This document shows positions 20,989-31,894 of a stretch of 64,000 nucleotides of DNA, one piece after another. The stretch comes from Promethearchaeia archaeon. GTDB taxonomy: Archaea; Asgardarchaeota; Lokiarchaeia; Sigyniarchaeales; SOKP01. The position numbers were made by a program, and so were the translations under genes. Location: the NCBI GenBank assembly GCA_046497275.1, contig JAWOFX010000078.1:3024-67023 (forward strand), in the 5' to 3' direction. Each line of letters starts with the position of its first letter. The stretch's first letter is position 1. The notes beneath the pieces were generated by a model. It searched no databases. It had not been told where the DNA came from and saw only the letters and a program-made list of their open reading frames with translations.

Positions 20989-21342
20989 ATGACAGAAACT
21001 ATACCGAAAGTTGATGAGGGAAAAGAAGAAGAAAAGAAAAAGGGTCTCCGAAAAAGGATTTTTTCACCAGAGATGTGCTCATATACAAATGAAGATGCTA
21101 CGGGATATGTTATTGAAGTGGTTTTACCCGGTGTAGGAAAAGAAACTATAGATCTAAAAATCACAGAGGATAGTGTATTTATAACAGGTGAGAGTGAAGC
21201 GATCCGATATGTTGGATCTTATGGCCTTTGTTGCCCTATTAATACAGAACATGCAAAAGCAAAGTATAATAATGGATTACTTAAGATTGAAGCACCATTC
21301 AAGGAAATAAATTTAGAGACTGTTGATATAAACATAGATTAG
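20989..21342 (+). CDS. Hsp20/alpha-crystallin small heat-shock protein
   Basis: Alpha-crystallin domain pattern GYVIEVVLPGVGKETIDLKITEDSVFITGE...AKYNNGLLKIEAP. Confidence 0.85.
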   Translation: MTETIPKVDEGKEEEKKKGLRKRIFSPEMCSYTNEDATGYVIEVVLPGVGKETIDLKITEDSVFITGESEAIRYVGSYGLCCPINTEHAKAKYNNGLLKIEAPFKEINLETVDINID

Positions 21343-21627
21343 AATACTTCACTTCTTCTTTTTTATTTTTTAACTTTGTAGAATGAAGAGTTATATTTCT
21401 ATTATTTTTATTTTAATCGGTTTTATAGAATATTTTTTAATTTCCTAATTAATATATAAATTCTCTAATAAACAGTCTTTAGTTCATTACTTTAAAATCA
21501 TATTTTCATATCACTAAATTAAATTTTAGCTTTTTCTAAGAGGGTTTGGTTCCATTTTAAGAGGAAGAAAATCTAATATATGAAGAAGTAGAAAGTATAT
21601 TAATGTAATAAAATTATACAGAGAAAA

Positions 21628-22632
21628 ATGGATCAAAAAAAAGAGTTTATAATAAAACTCATTCCATCAATTTTATATTTTGGATTATGTACTATTATAC
21701 TTCTACTTGACTTTAATATCTGGATAGAAGGCTCTGAGGAGTATCCAAAATTCTATATCATGCCAATAGTAATCTCATTGATATTGTATATTTTTTTAAT
21801 AGTAGCATTAGAGATTTTCAAAAAAGGAAAGTCATTAGAATCATTGGGAAGCGATGTAGATTTTCAGAAAACGGTCTATCTTTTCATAATATATTTGATG
21901 GTAATATGGGTTCCCAGACAATTTATGATATGGAAATTTGGAATTACATATGAAAAACTTCCTTTACTTTACTTAATAGTGACTCAAATAATTTTAGTTG
22001 AGGGATTAATTTTAAAAGATTTCGGTCTCAAAAAGCAGAATCTACTGAAAAATATCATTCTAGGATGTCTTATCGCTCTGTTAGATATTTCTATTATGAC
22101 ACTTGTAAATATTATAATCCCTCTAGCCTTAGAAGGAAATAATGCTTTTTCAATAATCGAAACCTTCGAAATTATGCAATTTATAACTCTTGCGTGGCAA
22201 ATGTTAGCAGTTGGTGTAAGTGAGGAACTATTTTTTAGAGGTTATTTCTTTACTAAAATGCGTAGATCGGGTAAATCATTTTGGTATGCCACAATTTTTA
22301 CTTCTATTGTGTTTATGATTTTTCATATTCCTTGGCTTATCAATGCAGATTTAACTTTAAATCTTAGTATCTCTTATGTCATTTGGCGTGTAATTAATAC
22401 ATTTCCTTTTGCGATTGTATGTTGTGTTTTATATGAAAAAACAGGGAGTTTGGCTGCCCCAATAGTATACCATGGATTTAGTAATTCCTTAACGTCATTT
22501 ATTTTTCTTTATGTGAGTCCAAGTTCCTTATTTCTAGCAGAAATTCTTATTTCTTCTATAGCATTTTTCAATTTGTTCTTTATTGCTCTCATAGCGCCAA
22601 AATTAGTGAAAATATTAAAAATAAAGAAATAA
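21628..22632 (+). CDS. CPBP (CAAX protease/Rce1-type) intramembrane metalloprotease
   Basis: Motif 1 SEELFFRG, motif 2 FMIFHIP, motif 3 YHGFSN. Polytopic. Confidence 0.85.
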   Translation: MDQKKEFIIKLIPSILYFGLCTIILLLDFNIWIEGSEEYPKFYIMPIVISLILYIFLIVALEIFKKGKSLESLGSDVDFQKTVYLFIIYLMVIWVPRQFMIWKFGITYEKLPLLYLIVTQIILVEGLILKDFGLKKQNLLKNIILGCLIALLDISIMTLVNIIIPLALEGNNAFSIIETFEIMQFITLAWQMLAVGVSEELFFRGYFFTKMRRSGKSFWYATIFTSIVFMIFHIPWLINADLTLNLSISYVIWRVINTFPFAIVCCVLYEKTGSLAAPIVYHGFSNSLTSFIFLYVSPSSLFLAEILISSIAFFNLFFIALIAPKLVKILKIKK

Positions 22633-22639
22633 AAATTAT

Positions 22640-23536
22640 TTATACTCTATTTTTTTTATCAGTATCTCTAAGATCTAGATCTAAAGGATCCTCTAAAGGC
22701 CCACTTATTCCGATCTTTTTAGCGAATTTCTGGATATAGCGTTTTCTATGTTCATATGTCATATCAATTAAAATGAATATGGGAACTATAATCAAAGTAA
22801 ATATGATTGGAAATAATGGCCACGTTATCAAAAAGATTATGTTCGAGATCTCGACAGATCCTCCACCTAAATTAATGCTTATAAATACCGCTAAGATTTG
22901 ATAATATGAAATAATCACTGTTATACCCGCATAACCTTTCAATAAATAATTAAGCCACGAACCCACACCTCTCACTTCTACTGGGAATGTTTTGTCCTTA
23001 ACTCTATTTCTATTTGTATAAACTATACCAGCATCCAATAAGAACCATACAGCACTAAATGCTGCTAAGGAAAATCCAAGCAAAAAGGAAATTAATATAT
23101 TAAATGTTAATCCTTGTGCAAAATCTGTGGTATATCCGACAAAAAACTCTTGAAGTACAGGATTTTCTGATAGTATTAAAGCAAAATTGATGGTCATTAA
23201 TACTGGAAAAAAACCTCGCAAAGAACCTTTAAATTCTTTACTTTGACTCCTCTCTTGGATACCGTATTCCATTTTTAAACCAATTGTGTATTTATGGACA
23301 ACTAAAAGGAGCGGAGCTAACACGTATCCCGGTAAGATTCCTCCAATAAGTGCAGATGCCCATGAAATTAGTAGAATTAACAAGGAGTCAAATCCCATAT
23401 TTTCAATGGGTGAGAATGCTATAAATCCACTACCTGATGCAAAAAAGCCTAAAATAAATGTGACGAGTAAAAAAATTACAAAAATTATTGTGGTTATAAT
23501 TAAAGGTTTTTTATATCGTTTGATTGTCATTTTCAA
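22640..23536 (-). CDS. integral membrane protein
   Basis: 298 aa with about 8 hydrophobic helices. No recognisable motif. Confidence 0.55.
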   Translation of the reverse strand: MKMTIKRYKKPLIITTIIFVIFLLVTFILGFFASGSGFIAFSPIENMGFDSLLILLISWASALIGGILPGYVLAPLLLVVHKYTIGLKMEYGIQERSQSKEFKGSLRGFFPVLMTINFALILSENPVLQEFFVGYTTDFAQGLTFNILISFLLGFSLAAFSAVWFLLDAGIVYTNRNRVKDKTFPVEVRGVGSWLNYLLKGYAGITVIISYYQILAVFISINLGGGSVEISNIIFLITWPLFPIIFTLIIVPIFILIDMTYEHRKRYIQKFAKKIGISGPLEDPLDLDLRDTDKKNRV

Positions 23537-23687
23537 ATCAAGGAAAATTTTTTATTTAGTATAATTATTAGAATCAATTTAATTGAACTAATATAAAAAA
23601 TTTCTTGTTTTTGCCTAGTTTCGCTAATAGAATAATATTAATTCATTGGAAATCTTTAATAAAGCTCATAAGTATTATTATTTAGAT

Positions 23688-24878
23688 ATGGATGCAAAAG
23701 AACGAGTATTAAATGCAATAGAACACAAGGAATCAGATAGAATCCCATCATTTGAGCTTTCAATAGATAATTTGAGCATTTGTAAGCATTTTGAGGAAGA
23801 GTACGTTTTTCAAGGTATCGTGAAAAGCTTTCAACAAACATATAAATTGTGTGAGGGGGATACTGACGCCTTGACAAAAACGATTTTAATGGCTACTGAA
23901 ACACGATCGTATCTTAAAAATACATTAAATAGACATCTAAGTCTGTATCAAAAAATTGGGATAGATTTATCTATAGTTCCTTTTACAGGCTATATTTTAT
24001 TTCCAAAAAATTGTTTTGAGGATTATTTTATAGATGAGTATGGTCGGATTTTTGATTTAAAAAGAAATCCCTCGGATATGATGGATATTGCATATTATAA
24101 AACAGGTTATTTTGAAAATTTCGAAGATTATGAAAATTTCGAAAGACCAAATCCTAAGGAAGCAAGAAGAGAAACATATTTTAAGGCAATGAAAAAAACG
24201 GAGAAACAGTATAAAGGTGAGGTATTTGTAATCCCGTCAATGTGGGGGGTATTTGAATCCACATGGCAATCATTTGGGTTTTCCACATTTAGCAAATTAA
24301 TGCGAGATCCTCGCAAGATGGAAAATATTTTTAATGAGAGAGGGAACTTTGCATTAGAATTAGCTAAGACTTTCATAGAATGGGGGGAAGATGGAGCGAT
24401 TCTAATATATGATGATTATGGATATAAATCAGGTCTATTAATGAACCCTAAAATGTTGCAGAAATATGTTATTCCTTGGATAGAAAAAATATGCCAAGAA
24501 GCTCATAAAAGTGGTGTGAAAATTATTCTTCATAGTTGTGGTGATGTTTATGAAATATTTGATGATCTTGTAAACACAGGAATCGATGCTATCCACCCTA
24601 TCGAACCAACTACAAGTAATCCAAAATATGATATCTTTCAATTGGCTAAAAAATATGGAGAGCGTCTTACATTTATTGGGAATGTTTCTCCTCAGGATTT
24701 AGCTAATAAGGACACAGCATATATTAAAAATTATACTTCCAAATTAATTAAGAAATTAGGACCAAATGGAGGATATATTATGAGTTCAGGGCATAGCATT
24801 AATCCAGCAGTGAAATTGGAAAACTTTTTGGCTATGTATGAAACTTTAGAAAAGGAAGGGGTATATCCTATAAATTAA
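23688..24878 (+). CDS. uroporphyrinogen decarboxylase (URO-D) family protein, MtaA/CmuA-like methyltransferase type
   Basis: N-terminal RIPSFELS and a C-terminal TIM-barrel block (ILHSCGDVYEIFDDLVNTGIDAIHPIEP). I prefer ATG 23688 (MDAKERVLNAI...) over the TTG at 23646 given in the track. Confidence 0.7.
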   Translation: MDAKERVLNAIEHKESDRIPSFELSIDNLSICKHFEEEYVFQGIVKSFQQTYKLCEGDTDALTKTILMATETRSYLKNTLNRHLSLYQKIGIDLSIVPFTGYILFPKNCFEDYFIDEYGRIFDLKRNPSDMMDIAYYKTGYFENFEDYENFERPNPKEARRETYFKAMKKTEKQYKGEVFVIPSMWGVFESTWQSFGFSTFSKLMRDPRKMENIFNERGNFALELAKTFIEWGEDGAILIYDDYGYKSGLLMNPKMLQKYVIPWIEKICQEAHKSGVKIILHSCGDVYEIFDDLVNTGIDAIHPIEPTTSNPKYDIFQLAKKYGERLTFIGNVSPQDLANKDTAYIKNYTSKLIKKLGPNGGYIMSSGHSINPAVKLENFLAMYETLEKEGVYPIN

Positions 24879-25062
24879 AATCAAATATTTCTAATTTACT
24901 TTTTAAAATAAAAAGCATACTTATACTTCTAAAAATTAGTATCAGTTCAGTTATATTTTATTGATCATTATAAGAACTCTTTTGAGGTTTTATCAATCTA
25001 TACTATCAATAATGAATGATTAAATAATCATAATTGATATTAAAAAACTATAAAAAACGATA

Positions 25063-25671
25063 ATGTCTCAAGTAACCAAAATTGTTGAGGAAGGCTATAA
25101 TAAGATTGCTGAATCATATTATAACCATCGTAATTTAGAAAAATTCAATGGAGAGCTCGAAAGTTTTTCATTATTAATTCCAGAGAATGCAAAAGTTTTA
25201 GATGTTGGATGTGGTGCAGGTATTCCAACTGCTAAATTTCTCGTAAAAAAAGGATTTGATGTTACTGGAATAGATATTTCTGAGAGGATGATTGACTTAG
25301 CCAGAGAAAATGTTCCCAATGGAAAATTTTTAAAGATGGATATTAATAATTTAGATTTTCCCGAGGAAAGCTTTGACGGAATCATCTCTGTTTATACCTT
25401 ATTTCATATTCCTAAGGAAAATCATTTTAAAATTTTTCAAAACTTTTATTCACTCTTAAAACCAGAAGGTGTGATTATGATTAATACCGGAATATCAGAA
25501 TCAGAAAGTTTCAGTAGGTTTTTTGGAGTTAAAATGTTTTGGAGCAACCATAATCCAGATAAAACTTTAGCATTAGTAAAAGACGCGGGATTTTCAGTAT
25601 TGTTTGAGGGAATATTAGTAAGAGGTGGAGAATATCAATATTGGATTTTTGGAAAGAAAGAAAAAAATTAA
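25063..25671 (+). CDS. class I SAM-dependent methyltransferase
   Basis: Motif I VLDVGCGAGIPT, post-I GIDIS, motif II FDGIISVY. Confidence 0.85.
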   Translation: MSQVTKIVEEGYNKIAESYYNHRNLEKFNGELESFSLLIPENAKVLDVGCGAGIPTAKFLVKKGFDVTGIDISERMIDLARENVPNGKFLKMDINNLDFPEESFDGIISVYTLFHIPKENHFKIFQNFYSLLKPEGVIMINTGISESESFSRFFGVKMFWSNHNPDKTLALVKDAGFSVLFEGILVRGGEYQYWIFGKKEKN

Positions 25672-25973
25672 AGAAATTTATTATATTTTTAACTTTTTTA
25701 ATAAATTTTTAAGCAATTTAGAAATAATGCGCTAAGGACTTTATAATCTTTTATCTCTATAGATATATATAATTAATCTAAAATCCATTTAATCTTCTTT
25801 AAAAAATTCATAAAAACCTTACTTATATTTTTCTTACAAAAAGGTTAAAAAGGCTTTTTTATAAATAAAATTAGGATATATTTTTGAAAGGATCTTCAAA
25901 AAAGACCTTATAATTTAATAGGGATTAGGTTTAATGAAAAAAAATTATAAAAATAACTAATATTGGGATAAAA

Positions 25974-27128
25974 TTGTCTAAGGAAATAAAGAAAGCAACT
26001 GAATCAAATCAATTTTTATCAAGTTTATTTAATAACATGGAAGCGGCTGTATTTCTGGTTGATAAAGAAGCCCGTGTTAAAAATATAAATAAATCCTTCA
26101 GCAAACTCTTTCAAAAATCTGAGGAAGAGATCTACAACGAATTATGTGGCAATGCGATCGGATGCATTTTTCCTATAAGAGAAGAAACGGATTGTGGAAA
26201 AACATATAATTGTAATAAATGCACTCTCAGGAAAGCAATAATGAAGTGTTTTAAAGAAAAGGGAGAAGTACAAAGAACGATACTTAAAAGAGAATTTTAT
26301 TTAGGCGACAATTTTTACTTAAAATACTTCTATATTATAGCAAACTATTTTGAATATGAGGAGAATGAATTCGTACTGATTATAATTAATGATATAACAG
26401 AAATAGAATCGGCAAGAGAAAGACTAAAAGAATTGAATAGGATTAGAAATGAATTCTTAGGAATAGCTGCCCACGACTTAAAAAGTCCAATCTCTGTTAT
26501 TTCTATGGCCTCATCTTACTTATTAGAGATTCCAGAGTTAAGGGGAAATAATGAAAATAAGAAATTATTGGAATTAATACAAAATTCCAGTAACTATATG
26601 ATAGAATTAGTGAATAACTTTTTGGATTTGTCAAAAATAGAGGCTGGTGAACTAATTCTTGATAAAATAGAAGTAGATTATGTAGAATTCGTGAAAGAGG
26701 TTTTAGAATTGAATAAAATTGCTGCTAGAAGTAAGAATATTAATATTGATTTAGATGTAGTAGATAACTATTCTCCTATAATAAAGATCGATAAAAGCTA
26801 TATCCAACAGGTAATAAACAATCTAATTGATAATGCAATTAAATTCTCACATCAAGGTTCCATAATAACTGTTAGAATCATGAAAAAAGATACGGACATG
26901 GTTTTAACTGAAATTTCTGATCAAGGTCAAGGAATTCCCGAAAAAGATATTGATAATTTATTTAGAAAATATCGAACCAGTTCTGTAAAAACTCCGAACG
27001 GTGGGAAAAGTAGCGGACTAGGTTTAGCAATTTCTAAAAAAATTGTGAAAAAACATGATGGGAAAATAGGAGTCAGAAGCAAATTAGGAAAAGGTTCAAC
27101 ATTCTATTTTATACTTCCTCTAAATTAA
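25974..27128 (+). CDS. sensor histidine kinase with Cys-rich PAS-like input domain (no TM, no adjacent response regulator)
   Basis: H-box AAHDLKSP, N-box DNAIKFS, G1 DQGQGI, G2 GLGLAI. The N-terminal PAS-like domain contains CGNAIGC...CGKTYNCNKC. Confidence 0.85.
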   Translation: MSKEIKKATESNQFLSSLFNNMEAAVFLVDKEARVKNINKSFSKLFQKSEEEIYNELCGNAIGCIFPIREETDCGKTYNCNKCTLRKAIMKCFKEKGEVQRTILKREFYLGDNFYLKYFYIIANYFEYEENEFVLIIINDITEIESARERLKELNRIRNEFLGIAAHDLKSPISVISMASSYLLEIPELRGNNENKKLLELIQNSSNYMIELVNNFLDLSKIEAGELILDKIEVDYVEFVKEVLELNKIAARSKNINIDLDVVDNYSPIIKIDKSYIQQVINNLIDNAIKFSHQGSIITVRIMKKDTDMVLTEISDQGQGIPEKDIDNLFRKYRTSSVKTPNGGKSSGLGLAISKKIVKKHDGKIGVRSKLGKGSTFYFILPLN

Positions 27129-27280
27129 ATAATCTAAGTAAAATATTAATTTTAAGAAATTACTCTATATAATTCTATAAATCTATATATTACAAAAGTT
27201 TAGATATGTTATTTTTTACTACTTTATTACTATTTTAAACGATATACTAAAAAATAAATATCTAATAACGGATTATTACA

Positions 27281-29494
27281 ATGCTCTTTAAAAAAAACAA
27301 ATCAATATTATTCATTTTACTTTTCATCGGATTAATGCTTCCTTTGAGTTTTCATTTTTTAGTAGGTTTTTCTGAAAATCCTTTTACTAAAGAAAATCAG
27401 AGTGAATTTATTAACCGCGATTTTGAAATTCCTAAACTAAATTATATCTCAGATTCTTATCCGACGAATGAAAGTGTTGCGATAATAATTAATTCAACAA
27501 TATGGTCCGATCCAAATGCAAAAAATGCGATTAATCAATATGAAAATGATTTAAAATCTACAGGGTATAATATTTTGAAATATAGCGCTAATATTACCAA
27601 TGCTAAAACTCTTAAAAATCTACTAAAAGGGTATTATGAGAATTATAATTTGAGTGGAGCAGTATTTATCGGGGATTTACCATATATTTGGTTCGAGGAT
27701 CCTGCAGAAGATTATAACGAAGTTTTCGAATGTGATATATATTTTATGGATCTTGATGGTGATTGGTATGATACAAATGGAGATGGGATTTATGATGTAC
27801 ACAATGCAACTTCAGGAGCAGATGTACATCCGGAGATTTATATAGGAAGGATTGACGCTTCAAATAGAAATCTAGGATCTCAAACAAATGCTCAAGATAT
27901 ATATACCCTTCTAAATCGTTTACATTCTTATCGAAAGGGGAATTTAGCCATAGAACACAAAGCTTTAATGTATATAGATGATGATTGGCAAGGAGATGCA
28001 AATGGCACTTGGAATAACTGGCCAGCATGGATTGAAAATGCTTATGATAACCATGATGATATTCACACTCCAAGTACATGGACAAATAAGACTGATTGGT
28101 TAAATCGTCTTTATAGCAGTAATTATGAATTTGCTCATCTAGCAGTACATACATCATCATCTTCTATAGAAGGAAAGCATTATTTCGGTTCGGGATATGC
28201 AGGATCTGAAGGAAATTTAACTGCGACCGAAGTTCATAATAATGGAGGCGGTTTCAGCTTTTATAATTTATTTTGTTGTTGGGGAGCAGATTATAATACC
28301 TCTGATTGCATGGCAAATACATATCTATTTTCTGGAAATAATACTCAAGCAGTACTTGGATCAACAAAATCAGGCGGTATGCTTAATGGTGCATATTTTT
28401 ATGACAGTTTAGCGGAGAATAATACCTTTGGTCAAGCTCTTAAAGATTGGTTCCAATCAAATCCAACTTTAGGAGATATTAACAATCAATCATGGTTTTA
28501 TGGGATGTGTATTTTAGGAGATCCTTTTTCAACCATCCATTATGATTGCTCTGTACCAAAACCAACTATAAATTCAATAAAGCATAATGACGATCAATGG
28601 AGTCAAATGAGCTCTTTAGTTAGCTTTAATTGGACTTGTGTTTCTGATGTAAACGGACTTGATGGATCTTATTATATCTTTGATCAAAATCCTAATACGG
28701 TTCCAACCGCGAGCACTGGTATATACACAAAAATAAATGGAACATCCTTTTCGAACGTTGCTGATGGCATTTGGTATCTTCATGTTGTCGCAAAAGATAA
28801 ATTGGGGAATATTGGAGAAATAGGTGATCATTTCAAGTTAAAAATTGATACTACTGGTCCTGCTATAAATCTATTAACACCAGTAAATAATTACAACTCA
28901 TCGAGCAATTCTGTCTTTATTTCTTATGAAGCAATCGATCTTTACAACACATTTATGTTTTCCAGTGTATATGATGTTACCACAGATGTCTGGATTGATG
29001 TTGGGAGTCCCAACAAAAACGCAACTGCAACATCTTTGATACAAGGGCAACATATTATCAATATCACATGTTCTGATTCATTAGCAAATCCGAGTATCTT
29101 GCAATTCTCTATCTTTGTTGATCTTACTGATCCATTTATAAATATAACAAGTCCTTTATTTAATGAAACAGTGGAAAATAGATTTACGATCACATGGCAA
29201 GCTCTAGATGGAGAAAGTGGTATTAAATACACCGAGATATATAGCGATGAAACTCTTATTAAAACGGTGAATGGACCTCTTCAGAGCACAACGATCTCAG
29301 GATTAAGTGGAGGAGCTCATAATATTAATGTGACTACGTATGATTGGTCTGGTCGTTCCGCCTCTCAAACTATTTTACTTAATATATTAGCACCTCAGAA
29401 TAATATCCCTGGTTTTCCTATAAGTCTATTCTTGATTGGCTTAGCATTGATTTCAATAGTTTATATTGGTTCTAAAAAACAGAAACAACTCTAA
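27281..29494 (+). CDS. secreted clan-CD (C25/gingipain-like) cysteine peptidase-like surface protein with Ig-like repeats and PGF-CTERM-like anchor
   Basis: N-terminal signal/TM segment. Candidate His (FAHLAVHTSS) and Cys (YNLFCCWGADY) dyad in the clan-CD order. The C-terminal half is beta-rich repeats. It ends in PGFPISLFLIGLALISIVYIGSKKQKQL. Confidence 0.55.
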   Translation: MLFKKNKSILFILLFIGLMLPLSFHFLVGFSENPFTKENQSEFINRDFEIPKLNYISDSYPTNESVAIIINSTIWSDPNAKNAINQYENDLKSTGYNILKYSANITNAKTLKNLLKGYYENYNLSGAVFIGDLPYIWFEDPAEDYNEVFECDIYFMDLDGDWYDTNGDGIYDVHNATSGADVHPEIYIGRIDASNRNLGSQTNAQDIYTLLNRLHSYRKGNLAIEHKALMYIDDDWQGDANGTWNNWPAWIENAYDNHDDIHTPSTWTNKTDWLNRLYSSNYEFAHLAVHTSSSSIEGKHYFGSGYAGSEGNLTATEVHNNGGGFSFYNLFCCWGADYNTSDCMANTYLFSGNNTQAVLGSTKSGGMLNGAYFYDSLAENNTFGQALKDWFQSNPTLGDINNQSWFYGMCILGDPFSTIHYDCSVPKPTINSIKHNDDQWSQMSSLVSFNWTCVSDVNGLDGSYYIFDQNPNTVPTASTGIYTKINGTSFSNVADGIWYLHVVAKDKLGNIGEIGDHFKLKIDTTGPAINLLTPVNNYNSSSNSVFISYEAIDLYNTFMFSSVYDVTTDVWIDVGSPNKNATATSLIQGQHIINITCSDSLANPSILQFSIFVDLTDPFINITSPLFNETVENRFTITWQALDGESGIKYTEIYSDETLIKTVNGPLQSTTISGLSGGAHNINVTTYDWSGRSASQTILLNILAPQNNIPGFPISLFLIGLALISIVYIGSKKQKQL

Positions 29495-29623
29495 AAACAT
29501 ATATTTTCCTTTTTTTTATTTAATTCAAATTTTTTATTTAAATATAACTAATTTAAAGAAGATTTAGCCATAAATCGGCACTCTCTTTAATTTAAATTTT
29601 GTTGAGAGGTTTAAATAAATTAG

Positions 29624-29923
29624 ATGTTTATGATGATAATGAAAAATATATCAAAAACGATTCAAAAATATACTTTAAATTTAAAAAAATATCCGAATGG
29701 ACAGTTAGCCGTATTTATAAAAGATGAGGATGGTTTTCCTATAGCTGAAATCTCGATTTTGGCTGATTCCATTGATTTAAATGAGAATGAATTCATCTAT
29801 AAAGATTATTCAGAATATAACAATCTTTCACAAGAATTATTAGATTCAAACGTTATCAAACCGACTAACAGATTTGTAATTATCGGATCTCATCTTTGCC
29901 CAATATGTGTCATTCCGAGTTAA
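29624..29923 (+). CDS. hypothetical small protein (DUF4313-like pattern)
   Basis: YPNGQLAVFIKDEDGFPIAEISI...NEFIYKDYSEYNNLSQELLDSNVI recalls the DUF4313 pattern. This comes from memory only. Its 3' end overlaps the convergent helicase gene by 4 nt. Confidence 0.35.
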   Translation: MFMMIMKNISKTIQKYTLNLKKYPNGQLAVFIKDEDGFPIAEISILADSIDLNENEFIYKDYSEYNNLSQELLDSNVIKPTNRFVIIGSHLCPICVIPS

Positions 29924-31701
29924 GTTTGAAGAGGCTTTATAATCTCAATAAATTTATTGCCTCCGTTTGACTGATTTCCGCTCAAGATTAGTCTTTCCTT
30001 TGACCGCGTAACTCCTACATAAAGGAGTTGTCTCTCTTTATCAGAGGTATATGTATCCAATTCTGGAATAATGATGGTATCAAATTCTAATCCTTTAGTG
30101 CCATGAAGAGTTCCAATTAACACTCCTGGACTCTCAAAATTATATTGTTCCAAATCTTTCCATTCTATATTAAAATTTTTAAAAAATTCAAAAAGTGGGT
30201 GGTTAAAGTTTCGTTTTGCGAGATTTTTCTTGAACAATATCAAGATCTTGGCGTTTTGTTTAAGTAAGCGATCTATTCTTTCGGTTAATTTCATATACTC
30301 ATCTTGCCTTGAGTCGCTTAAAATAATCTCAACAATTCCATGGTTTCCAATAAATTCTTTAGTAGGTATAAATTCATCAAATTGACCTATGAGATTTATA
30401 ATACTTTCTGGTAAGACTTTTTGAGCAACTAATCCAATTTCAATTGGTGTACGATATGACTTTTCAAATCTTCTCACCCTTCCTCGAGCTTGAATTCCAA
30501 CACTCGACCACGTGAACCTTTTTCTCGCATAAATACCTTGAAGCCCGTCGCATGTGATTAATAAAGAGTTGGTTTGAGGATTTAACAATGGAATGATTGA
30601 GCGAAACCAATCTTCTTCAAAATCTTGAGCCTCATCAATGAGAATTGCATCATATAATACCTTTTTCTCTCCTTTTGTTTCTAACTTTTTGATGAGAAGA
30701 TTTGGAACAAATTCGTGAAAAAATAGTGACATTTTTCCTTTGTTTTTGGCACTTTCTTCTCCTTCCTCATAAAGTTTCGAGAATTGATCATGTTCACTTA
30801 ATAAATAATGGCGAGCCCATGAATGGTAAGTGGTGATCCTTATATCTGCTTCATAATCTTGTGGATTCAAAAGATGAAATAAAAGATTTCTTAATAACCT
30901 ATTATAGCATAGAATAAGAATTTTCCAATCTGGATTATTTAATGCTAAATACCGTGCACGTGCAATTAATAGTATGGTTTTTCCACTTCCAGCAACTCCA
31001 AATATTAATCGATGTCCCTCTCCTAATTCGTGTGCTAATTCTTCTTGTTCATCATCTAAAAGTTTTACTTTATCTTCTGATTTTATATAGGTTCTCAAAT
31101 TGGATTGACTAATAGTAGGTAGTCGACAAGTTGGAATTATATTCGCGCGTAGGATATTGAAATAATTTGATTCTAATTGAAATTGAGGAGGAATAAAATC
31201 ATTAAAAAAATGGTGGAAATTCTCATTTCTGCCAATAATTTCCTTAAAACATGGAAATACATGTTTTGGTGACAGATATTTAATTTTTTCAGCAACCTTA
31301 CTATTTTCCGATATCTGGCTGAATATGATTATGCGAATAATAGGGATATCTATATCTTCGGGAAAGTTGCTATGATCTATTTTATTTTTTATTGCTCTCC
31401 AATATTGATATATCTGATCAAATGGATTTGAAACCATTTTAGTTTTTTGATTCTTGCTAATTTCCCACGCACCTGATTTAGTAATAGTTTTGAGAGTATT
31501 TTGAGAGTAATCTTTCACTTCTACCACAATAACCCCAAATTTCGGTGATAATAGTAAGAAATCAGGTCTTAAACCGTTTATATCAGGTTCAAAATATACA
31601 TAAACCTCATTTTCCTCAGAAAAATAGTCTTCAATTCGATAATAAAAAGATCTTTCGCCCGGCATCGAATTTGAATTTGGTTTACTGAGAAATTTTGGCA
31701 T
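29920..31701 (-). CDS. NERD-domain nuclease fused to UvrD/PcrA-like SF1 helicase
   Basis: N-terminal PD-(D/E)xK-like RPDFLLLSPKFGVIVVEVKDY (NERD). Walker A GVAGSGKT, Walker B ILIDEAQDF, motif V/VI TLHGTKGLEFD and LLYVGVTRSKERL. Confidence 0.85.
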   Translation of the reverse strand: MPKFLSKPNSNSMPGERSFYYRIEDYFSEENEVYVYFEPDINGLRPDFLLLSPKFGVIVVEVKDYSQNTLKTITKSGAWEISKNQKTKMVSNPFDQIYQYWRAIKNKIDHSNFPEDIDIPIIRIIIFSQISENSKVAEKIKYLSPKHVFPCFKEIIGRNENFHHFFNDFIPPQFQLESNYFNILRANIIPTCRLPTISQSNLRTYIKSEDKVKLLDDEQEELAHELGEGHRLIFGVAGSGKTILLIARARYLALNNPDWKILILCYNRLLRNLLFHLLNPQDYEADIRITTYHSWARHYLLSEHDQFSKLYEEGEESAKNKGKMSLFFHEFVPNLLIKKLETKGEKKVLYDAILIDEAQDFEEDWFRSIIPLLNPQTNSLLITCDGLQGIYARKRFTWSSVGIQARGRVRRFEKSYRTPIEIGLVAQKVLPESIINLIGQFDEFIPTKEFIGNHGIVEIILSDSRQDEYMKLTERIDRLLKQNAKILILFKKNLAKRNFNHPLFEFFKNFNIEWKDLEQYNFESPGVLIGTLHGTKGLEFDTIIIPELDTYTSDKERQLLYVGVTRSKERLILSGNQSNGGNKFIEIIKPLQT

Positions 31702-31705
31702 ATGT

Positions 31706-31894
31706 TTATACCCATTTGAAATATTTCATTTTTTGTGCACAATATTCCTTAAATAAAGAATTGTAAAGGTTATAAATAAATCTACCGTTCATATCACGCA
31801 GAGGATAACGGAAAATGTAATTTTTTCCTTTTTGAGAAAAAATATCTTTGAATTTTGAAATATCTAGAAAAAGAAAGTAAAAACTCATAATCAT
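31706..31894 (-). CDS. possible small protein between the GNAT and helicase genes
   Basis: 62-aa ORF whose start overlaps the GNAT stop by 4 nt and which ends 4 nt before the helicase start. No motif, so it could be spurious. Confidence 0.25.
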   Translation of the reverse strand: MIMSFYFLFLDISKFKDIFSQKGKNYIFRYPLRDMNGRFIYNLYNSLFKEYCAQKMKYFKWV

